Shown here: one piece after another, positions 29,333 through 37,533 of the stretch | Position numbering within the stretch: the stretch's first letter is position 1 | How the letters are laid out: each line of letters begins with the position of its first letter | Origin: Arenicellales bacterium | GTDB taxonomy: Bacteria > Pseudomonadota > Gammaproteobacteria > Arenicellales > JAJDZL01 | Assembly: GCA_965202855.1 (NCBI GenBank) | Contig: CBDBBP010000004.1 | Coordinates: forward strand, 807,776-871,775 | Direction: 5' to 3' | Length of the DNA stretch: 64,000 nucleotides | Made by a program: the position numbers and the translations under genes | Notes under the pieces: generated by a model | What the model saw: the letters and a program-made list of their open reading frames with translations, nothing else | Databases searched by the model: none | What the model was told of the DNA's origin: nothing

Positions 29333-30727
29333 TTAATCTGATGAAAAGTGCTCTGCAGGTTCTGGCTCGAACAGACCTTTCTTCATCACAAATTTCACCC
29401 ATATGGCCGCAATGATGCAACCCGCCAGCAAAACTGAACCTGCGATTGTGAAGACCCGAACTGTCAACTCAGGCGCTGGTGATGCCCACCAGATTGCATA
29501 CAACATTCCTGCGATTCCGAGCACCTGCGGAATGGGGTATAGCGGAGTTTTGAAAGGCCTCTTGATATCAGGATAGCGGATACGTAGTACGATGACATCG
29601 ATGTGGGCAATGATGTACGCAATCAGCCAAGCGATGGCCGCACCAATCAGCAACAGGAGAATGGCATCTGCATCAACTCCGTAGATTAACACAGGAATGC
29701 CGGTAGCCAAGGCTACAAAAATGATAGAGGTGTAAGGGGTGTTGTATTTTGTATGGAGCTTAGCGAATAATTTGAATGTCTGGCCATTTTCTGCCATACC
29801 GTAAATCATTCGCGGAACTGCTGCCAGCGAGGTATTTACTGTGCTGCAGGTCGCAGTGAAGGCCGCAAGGGTAAGGAAATAAAGCCCGAACTCACCGAAC
29901 ACACTACCGACGTACTCATAATGTGGCAAAGCTGAATTTGCCAAGGTTTCTTGTGGAACGTAAAGCAGAGCTCCCAAAACATATAACACGTACATGAAGA
30001 GAATTACAGTGGCGCCGATAATCATCGAGCGTGGTACATTTTTTTCTGGATCACTTGTTTCACGCACCAGAGGACATACAAACTCCAAACCAACAAATCC
30101 CCAAATCGCGATTGCCAAGAGAGCAAGAATGTCTGCATTCCAGATTCCAGTAGTTAAAAGTTTCATGTCTTCAGGCCTTGGCAAGGCGATTCCGAAGATC
30201 GAGATCAGACCCATCAGGATAATTGCAGACACCATGATGAAGGACAGAGCCGACTGCATGGTCGCGAAAATATCGACACCACGGATATTCAGAAGAGTAA
30301 AAGCTGTAAGAAGTCCGATTGCAATGATCATCGGGGGCATCTTGATTCCAAGAACCTCGACGAGCATAAGTTCAATCAGCACTAGTTCAGCCGACAATGC
30401 AAACATCGCAACAACCAGATACCCGGAAAACACCGCGATAATTGCTGGAAAGTTACCAATTGCAACTTCAGTATACGTGCTGAGTGTGCCGGGACTCTTG
30501 AACATCAAAGCCATCTCAGCGAAAGAAAAAACATAAAACAGGGCAAGGAGATAAGCGAGACCCATGGTGACAAAGAATCCCATACCCCCAAATCCAGCTC
30601 CCTGTAGCATTATTACCATAACACCTTGCGATACGACCAAGCCGACGCCAACTGCCAGCAAGGACTTGAAACCCAGGGACCCGCGAAGTTGTCCCTGTTC
30701 TCTGGATACACCGTCTACTGTTGCCAT
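29333..30727 (-). CDS. APC-superfamily amino acid/polyamine permease
   Basis: 464 aa, about 12 TM helices, glycine-rich N-terminal helices (GVGLVVSQGVMV) typical of APC permeases. Same strand as paralog 2, 228 nt upstream of it. Confidence 0.8.
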   Translation of the reverse strand: MATVDGVSREQGQLRGSLGFKSLLAVGVGLVVSQGVMVIMLQGAGFGGMGFFVTMGLAYLLALFYVFSFAEMALMFKSPGTLSTYTEVAIGNFPAIIAVFSGYLVVAMFALSAELVLIELMLVEVLGIKMPPMIIAIGLLTAFTLLNIRGVDIFATMQSALSFIMVSAIILMGLISIFGIALPRPEDMKLLTTGIWNADILALLAIAIWGFVGLEFVCPLVRETSDPEKNVPRSMIIGATVILFMYVLYVLGALLYVPQETLANSALPHYEYVGSVFGEFGLYFLTLAAFTATCSTVNTSLAAVPRMIYGMAENGQTFKLFAKLHTKYNTPYTSIIFVALATGIPVLIYGVDADAILLLLIGAAIAWLIAYIIAHIDVIVLRIRYPDIKRPFKTPLYPIPQVLGIAGMLYAIWWASPAPELTVRVFTIAGSVLLAGCIIAAIWVKFVMKKGLFEPEPAEHFSSD

Positions 30728-32022
30728 GTCAAATTCCTCCTGTACCTAAATTGAATTTTCGAATTTAATTTTTGGTACTAATAGATTGTCCAGTGGATCA
30801 AATTTCCCTTATGTTAGTGAAAAGATCGAAACAATATTGGAGTTACACTGATATAGGGGTATTCAACCAGATACGAAAAATGATTATAAACATGTTACGA
30901 GATTGGTTCGCTCGATTGACACCGAAGTTCCAACTCTGTTTTTACATTCTACTCTCCGTTAAGTCATTATTTTTATGTATTTTTTTGACTTACATCACCG
31001 ATTTCATATTGTTTTGCGTACTCATGCAAGTAAAAATTTGCTTTAATAAAATCGTAACTACTCACCCCACCCCCTAAATGGGGAGAGGCGAGTTATTGGA
31101 ACTGTTGATGGATATGATTTTAATTCGATTGGTCGAACATTGCCATCGCATTGCCATTCAAGGCAATTTGCATGGCAGCGAGCTGTAGCCTTGCAGTGAC
31201 ATCGACTGCAGGTAGCTTGAGATTCGGCAGTAGGCATGGGTGTGATTAGCGTTTCGACAGATGCCTGAGAATTTTTGCCGCACGTTGGCCATGCGGATGC
31301 CGCGTTCGGCCAAGCTAGGCCGATATCGGCATAGTTACGGGCGCTCGACACAGTCCGATTGGCTGTTCTCGCGCCAATTGTCAGGTATTGGCAGCAAGAT
31401 AAACCTCCTGCTTTCTTTCATCAGCTTTCAACGCATTGAGCTGTGCAATGACGAGATAGCAGAACCAACAAAGTCTTCTTCATCGTCATGAAATAGTGTA
31501 TTCCTTTCTGTTTTCATCTGAAAGGAGGCACTATTGTGTTTAACACGAAACATGCTTCGCTTCGGGGCAGCAGTAGAATTGAGCCAGAAATTGGTTGAAA
31601 ATCACTTAGCTAATGGTACAGGGTCAATTTTCAATTCAAATCTACACAGGTGGTACGCCAGGCTCGCCCACAAATGGAGGCCTCGGAAGATTCAGTGCAC
31701 TATCGCTGGTGGCGGCGACGCCAAACCGCGTTGTACGCGGTGCTGACGGTGACGCTGGGGCTTTTGCCAGAGGTGTTTGCCGGCTGCCAGCCGCAACTGC
31801 TGCCGATGCGAGCCGCCATGGACAGTGAGCAGCTGTTGGTGCAGTTGCGACAGCGTTGTGCCGGGCAGTTGAATTTTCTCCCCCCTCCGCTTGGATTTGG
31901 TCAATTTCATTCGGGCCTCGACCCGCCGTAGGCAGGCAACACTTCATGGTGTCGCATGGAGCCCTGCGCTCGGATAAAAACTGGGATTGAAACTGTTATT
32001 TTCAGCCACTGTGGAGAAATGA

Positions 32023-32361
32023 ATGAAAAAAGACCCAGAACAGCATCGTCAGGATGTAGCGCTGTTTCGCTACGGACTGATCAGTGAGATCTCGCGCTTG
32101 GCTCCGGGTGCTGAAACCGCAGAACGCGTGCGCCAGGTGGCGGCGCAGCCGCATGTCATTCCGGGCACGACTCGAACCCGAGTGTCGGAACAGGCCCTGC
32201 GCGACTGGCTGCGCCTGCATGCTCAAGGTGGCTTTGAGGCCCTGCGGCCCAAAGTGCGCCGCGACCGCGGCCAGTTCCGACGCATGTCGGTCGAAACCAT
32301 AGAACTTTTGATCGCCGACAAACTTCAAGCAGAAGTTCCAAGAACATCCCGTTTTCGCTAA
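32023..32361 (+). pseudogene. N-terminal HTH stub of a Mu/TnsB-type DDE integrase-transposase
   Basis: DVALFRYGLISEISRL...VSEQALRDWLRLHAQGGFEALRPKVRRDRGQFRRMS matches the N-terminal pattern of many DDE-type integrase/transposase proteins (aLfRy..I..l...vS.rTl.RWl..y..gG..aL.P..R.DrG). The catalytic core is absent. Confidence 0.5.
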
Positions 32362-32672
32362 CAACGCTGACGAGAATGCGATGGGCGGCGATGCGACTGT
32401 ATTCAATTGTCTTTGAAACGATTGGATCGACAAATTCGAAGGAGAGTCGACCGTTGCTGTCACCCATTTTGCGGCGTGCGCGGGCACTCATCGAATGCCT
32501 TGGCGAAGGGCCGGATTTTAAAACGAAAGATGATTTTTACGAATCGAATGTCTCTTGCCTCGACGCGGAATTCGCCAGAGGGTCAATATTGGATTGAAAA
32601 CTTCTCTGAAACAGACGAGTTGCTGGCTTGCGATTCACTTGCGACGGCACAAGCACGAGCATCCGAAAGCTG

Positions 32673-32796
32673 AAAAGAATTTTTATTTTTGTAGGAATAT
32701 CAATCAGTAGCAACGATAATCATCCATTCATTCAACAATATATCCATTCGATCATTCGTTCGTTTTGAGTAATATCGCAGTACTTTCACAGTTTCA
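32673..32796. repeat. 124 bp AT-rich repeat, copy 1
   Basis: Direct repeat of 33048-33171, with 91/124 identical in my ungapped hand alignment. The ends are conserved (AAAAGAATTYTTATTTTYGTAG..ATCAATCA and TTTYGAGTAATA..GCA.T.CTTTCACAGTYTCA) and the centre has diverged. Confidence 0.7.
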
Positions 32797-33047
32797 TACG
32801 CTCTTTCCGCAATGAGATGACAAGAATCAAGTGAGTTTTTTTATTGGCTTTGACGCGTGCAAAACGCACGATATTCATGTTGAGCGCACAATCGCGCAAT
32901 TCGCATGGCTTCAGTTTCTCCATCGGCTTCCAAGCGGAAAATCAAATGTGCCAACCACACGATTATGAATCTGTGCGATGAGGTTCGCCCAGTTGTATGC
33001 CCTCCTCGTTTCTCCATACTTCAGGCTCAGTGTAAGTTCGAGAGCGT

Positions 33048-33171
33048 AAAAGAATTCTTATTTTCGTAGAAAGATCAATCAAAAGAAATAAATAATATCA
33101 ATTATTTCAATAAGATATAGATTCATGTACTCTTTCATTTCGAGTAATAAAGCAATTCTTTCACAGTCTCA
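33048..33171. repeat. 124 bp AT-rich repeat, copy 2
   Basis: See copy 1. Same orientation, 375 bp start to start. Confidence 0.7.
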
Positions 33172-34127
33172 GTTGGCTCATGATTTCGCAAACCTTCACT
33201 TGGCAGTTCGCTGTGGCGGACCGGATTCAAAGCCATTGCTTCGTGCCGGTGGCAGGCTCTGAATGTTTGTGGATTTCATCAATCCAGTCGACCCACGCCG
33301 CCGGTTCAAGAGCGTTCGACCATCAGCAGCGGGCGCCGCAGACTTTGGATGTCTCGTTCACCGGTTGCGACGGTAATGTCTGCAGTGAATTCTCGGTGGC
33401 AAAATTTCATCGCAGATGCAGCTCCGGAAATTTGGTTCCGAAGCAGGGACTTGAATTGCATTGAACGCGCAAGTGCGTCGCAGCGTCGAATCGCAGCGAT
33501 TCGGCTTGGACCTGCGAATCTTGAAATTGCTGAGGTGACGGCGCGGTCGCCTCCGCCAAATGACAGCCTTTTCATGTGGCGGAACTTTGAAATCAAGAGC
33601 GGCGGAATGGAGGTTGGCAAAGAACAATATAACCGCCGGACAAAGTCACTTTATTCCCAACACCACGGATCAAGTTGGAATTCAACACACTGATCCCAAA
33701 TATTCGTAAATTTTACGAATTGCCTTAAAAAAAAGCACTTTTTGTCTTGACAAATGATATGAAGTCCATACGCTTCGGATTCAAGTAATTTTCAAACAAT
33801 GCGCAGACATACCTCTTTTGCGGGCTTGTGCGGCTGCGTCTGAAATGACTTTGCTGTGTTATGATGGAGACAATCGCTTGCAAGTTTCTTCGCGCAACAT
33901 CGTCCATGATGCGCGGGGTCTGACCGAATTCCAGTGTCGGAAGTTTTTCAAAAGTCCCAACGACAGGCTTCCGATGTTCAAAACAAAATGATGTGATACA
34001 CCTTTCCCCAATTCTGATTGGGTCGACGGCAAGAGACTCTCTCAAGCCAGTACAACCTGTCAAATAGGAGCCCGTGAGCAGTCCGTATCGGCCATGTCTT
34101 GAGACAACGTCCCTTCTAAAATTCTCC

Positions 34128-35590
34128 CCGTTTCCTTCAAACGGCTCACACGTGATCAGAACATGTAAATTGAGATATTTTTTGATGCAGGCTCACGCGG
34201 TGAGCCATCCCATCTGGATAATGGTCTTGTAAGTGAAACAAAAGGACTTCATTGCTCAGTTGCACAGATGACAGCAGGCGCCAAACCGACCTATCGTACT
34301 ATTCGCTACCGTATTCACGCGAATTCCCGAAATAAGTACCGGCAGATTACGGCCTTGCAGGTGCCTGCCGCTACGCCTGGAATCACTTTGTCGGAAAACT
34401 CCGTGACGAATATACCCTTCATGGTCATTGCCGGTTCGGTTTCGTCGAGATTTCAAGACAGTTCACTTTGCTGCGTCGCCATTGCGAACCATGGCTGCAG
34501 GACTATTCATGTAACATCGTGCGTTATTCGCTCAAACCGATTGAAGTCCAGTATCGGAAGTTCTTCAAACATCCGAATGAAGGGCTTCCGAAGTTCAAGG
34601 CCAAATGGCGCGATCCACCCTCATTTCCGATCGTGCTCGGACAGACGGCAAGGCTTGACGGGCAGTGGCTGCACATTCAAAAGATCGGATATGTCAGGTT
34701 GACCGGATCCAATCCCTACCCGGACGGCATCGTAAAAACCGGTACTGTCAAGGAAGAAAATGGCAACTGGTATGTTTATATCGTTTATGCGGTCGATGCC
34801 AGTATGAGTCTGAAAGCAAACGAATCGGTCGGAATGGATCGGAACGTTGGACAGATTGCGTTATCGGATAGAACGATCTACCATGCCCCGGACGTTGAGA
34901 GGAAGGAACGACGCAGGAAGCGCTACCAGAGAATGATGGCGCGGCGGCAGAAACCGGTGCGCAAAAAAGGCATAAAAGCTTCTGGACGTTATCTGAAGGC
35001 GCGCCGACTGGCCGCTCGGGCATGACAGAAAATCAGGCAAGTCAATGACAACTGGACGCATCAGGTTTCGCGCCAGATTGCAGACCGATATGCGATGGTT
35101 TATCTGGAGGATTTGAAGACAAAGAACATGACCAAGTCTGCCAAAGGAACGGTTGAAGAACCCGGCGGGAATGTCAGGCAGAAAAGCGGGCTGAACCGCT
35201 CAATACTGAAGACCGGCTGGTACAAGCTGGAACAGGCGCTTGCTTGCAAAACGACGATTCACAAGGTGGCGCCGCATTACACCAGTCAGCGCTGCAACCG
35301 CTGTGGAACGACAGACCGCAAGAATCGCAAGACGCAATCTGAATTCAGGTGCGTGAGTTGCGGTCATTTGGACAACGCAGACATTAACGCTGCAAAAAAC
35401 ATACTCGCCTTGGGGATTGGGGAGAGTCTAAACGGACGCGGAGAAGGACGGAGTCCTTCGGTGAAACGTCAAAAAGAACTTGACAGGACGCTTGATTTTG
35501 CGTTGTGCAGTTAAGTATATAAGTCCCTTAGCATTGACCGTGCGGATGGAGGAGCGTTTCATTTCAGGTCGTATTCGCGTTGCGCCAACT
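34128..35590 (+). mobile_element. IS200/IS605-family relic (IS1341-like; tnpB present, no intact tnpA). Ends are approximate.
   Basis: A tnpB pseudogene is preceded by subterminal hairpins typical of left ends in this family: CCGTTTccttcAAACGG near 34130 and the perfect GGCTCACgcgGTGAGCC at 34190-34206. The right end is not resolved. Confidence 0.5.
34268..35514 (+). pseudogene. tnpB: TnpB (IS200/IS605 OrfB, RuvC-like RNA-guided nuclease) with one frameshift and one in-frame TGA
   Basis: Three pieces make up the gene:
- Frame A, 34268 to about 34325: MTAGAKPTYRTIRYRIHANS.
- Frame B, to 35025: ...GACRYAWNHFVGKLRDEY...CEPWLQDYS...GLPKFKAKW...VGMDRNVG...
- After the TGA at 35023-35025, the same frame continues: QKIRQVNDNWTHQVSRQIADRYAMVYLEDLKTKNM...HYTSQRCNRCG...FRCVSCGHLDNADINAAKNI.

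The D/E/D RuvC residues and the zinc-finger Cys residues are still present. Confidence 0.85.
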
Positions 35591-35596
35591 GTACAG

Positions 35597-36880
35597 TTAT
35601 TCTTTGATTGAAACGCCAGCACTTCGTTCTTGCGGCCCACAGTACGCCAGGTACTTGCGTTGTGTGGAAATATGATCTGCCAGATATTTGGCATCGTGCC
35701 AGACGCCCCAGATAAATGAAGATCCACGACGTGACAGCCATGACAAACCCAGGAAATAGATTCCGGGTTCTGTCGATACACCACGTTGATGCATGGGTTT
35801 TCCATGCTGATCGAATGCATCAACCTTCAGCCAACTGTAGTCGACGGTAAAACCTGTTGCCCATATGATCGCAGTAACACCAGCATCCGCCAGATTCAAT
35901 TCAAGAACGGGATTGGAGATGCAGTCCGGGTCCTGTCCGATCTCGTGCGCCTGGCGTTCTTTCGGCAAGTCGAGGCCATTGCGAAGAACGTATGCGTCAG
36001 CTTCTTCCAACAAGGCTAGATAATTCGCATCTCCCTGTGCAATGTTGTACGCTAGATCAGGTGCGAAGCGCACTAGGCCGTTTTGGTATGATTCTGTCAA
36101 GCCGACCAAGGTCACACCTTGGTTGGCAAGTTTTCTAAAATCGACAGTACGACCGCCATATGCACCACTCACCGAGATGGTTACATGCTCTGTCTCTGGA
36201 TCAGGCGTTGCCATGTCCCACTTGCCGAGAACACCTAACCACCAGCAAAAATCACGGTTCCGATAGCTCCTCGGTGGACGGTCGTGGCGACCTACGGAGA
36301 GGTAGACAGGTTTTCCAGCACGCAAGATTTCCTCCGCTATTTGCACTCCTGACGATCCTGCACCGACCACCAAAACAGCACCTTCGGGCAGTTGCTGAGG
36401 ATTGCGGTAGTCGATGGAATGAAACTGTACAACACCTGCGCTTTCCGGAACTATCGGTGGAATGACCGGACGTTGGAATGGACCAGTGGCTGCGACCACA
36501 TTGTTTGCTACAATTACACCTTCCGACGATTGGACACGGAAACCAGGCTGACCGATATTCTTTTCGACACCGGTCACTTCAACACCGCAGCGTATCGGAG
36601 CGTTTATTTGATTGGCATAGGCGACAAAGTAATCCGCAACAGCGTCCTTGGGAGGGAAGTCATCGGGACTGAATCCAGGAAACTCCATGCCTGGAAAGCG
36701 GTCATGCCATGCAGGACCATTGGTAACCAGAGAGTCCCATCTTCCCGTGCGCCAGCACTCGGCAATCCGGTTCCGTTCCAATACGAGATGTGGAATACCT
36801 GCGATACTCAGATGCTCGCTCATAGCCACCCCAGCTTGGCCAGCTCCAACAACTAAAGTATCGATTTTCTCAATTGCCAT
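35597..36880 (-). CDS. Class B flavoprotein monooxygenase-like NAD(P)/FAD-dependent oxidoreductase (CzcO/FMO-like)
   Basis: 427 aa with two dinucleotide-binding motifs, VVGAGQAG near the N-terminus and VVGAGSSG mid-protein. The length and layout match FMO/BVMO-like 'K+ transport flavoprotein' family members. Confidence 0.75.
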   Translation of the reverse strand: MAIEKIDTLVVGAGQAGVAMSEHLSIAGIPHLVLERNRIAECWRTGRWDSLVTNGPAWHDRFPGMEFPGFSPDDFPPKDAVADYFVAYANQINAPIRCGVEVTGVEKNIGQPGFRVQSSEGVIVANNVVAATGPFQRPVIPPIVPESAGVVQFHSIDYRNPQQLPEGAVLVVGAGSSGVQIAEEILRAGKPVYLSVGRHDRPPRSYRNRDFCWWLGVLGKWDMATPDPETEHVTISVSGAYGGRTVDFRKLANQGVTLVGLTESYQNGLVRFAPDLAYNIAQGDANYLALLEEADAYVLRNGLDLPKERQAHEIGQDPDCISNPVLELNLADAGVTAIIWATGFTVDYSWLKVDAFDQHGKPMHQRGVSTEPGIYFLGLSWLSRRGSSFIWGVWHDAKYLADHISTQRKYLAYCGPQERSAGVSIKE

Positions 36881-37533
36881 AGGATTTACAGTAACTTTTG
36901 TTAGATCGATTGGGGGTAATCGTCGAGTTTCTTGATTCGGTCGGATTGATCAGGTTGAGACATGAAACAGGGGTTTGCTGAGAGCGAAGAACGATTCGTT
37001 TAACATATTTGAAATAACGGTTATCATGTGGGGCACAATTTCGAATTTCGCCACGACCACAAGGGACGTCCAATCTGCTACTGACCCTGAACCTCATCAC
37101 CTTTGCTTTCCATACTGTAGTACTTCACAATAATCCGAACGGAATTATTCTGAAATATTACAACGCGCGTTGCACAGCCGCCGCGATCACCGCCCTGATC
37201 ATACCCACCGCAGGCTGCGGTGTGTGGTCGCCTTCACTCAACTTCAACTAACGTCGAACCCGAATAGGAGCTCAAAATGAACATCTTCCCATAATGAAAA
37301 TCGCTAGCATTATATCAGCGAATTATATAGCTGAAAGGTTTCTCATCTTCTGTTGATGCAATTTGAGAGGTTATTGATGTTAAAGGCGTAAACTGGCATC
37401 AGCGCTAGAACCCGTGATCTCATGAAAAAGGAATTGATGCTTCAATTCATGGCAATGATAGTATCATAAAGTAATGACTTATCTATCCTTTTTGAGTTTT
37501 ATTATTTCTAATTCTGTGCAACTAGTCTAAAAA

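Noticed and set aside
32841-33017. A 58 aa minus-strand ORF between the two repeats (MEKRGGHTTGRTSSHRFIIVWLAHLIFRLEADGETEAMRIARLCAQHEYRAFCTRQSQ), with a faint resemblance to BrnT-type toxin C-termini.
   Set aside because: The resemblance is limited to an RI..R.A...E..F pattern. There is no SD and no partner gene, and the ORF sits in a region of obvious gene debris.
32673-33171. Reading the 124 bp repeats as integron attC sites (VCR-like, similar length) with TA cassettes nearby.
   Set aside because: There is no R''/R' core sites (RYYYAAC/GTTRRRY), no internal imperfect dyad symmetry and no intI gene. The flanking material is not an array of same-strand cassettes.
33990-34252. A possible divergent IS200-type tnpA (Y1/HUH transposase) on the minus strand, with NLHVLITCEP as an HUH-like motif and LLTGSYLTGCTG resembling lWs.sYf..s.G.
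   Set aside because: The frame is broken after 19 codons. Spacing between the motifs is far too short, and no catalytic Tyr region is identifiable. The putative left-end hairpin would lie inside it. The evidence is too weak to annotate.
37275-37360. Two tiny ORFs with an AGGAG box (MNIFP* and MKIASIISANYIAERFLIFC*) about 200 nt upstream of tdm, as possible leader peptides.
   Set aside because: There is no attenuator or terminator structure and no enrichment of a diagnostic residue, and conservation cannot be assessed here.
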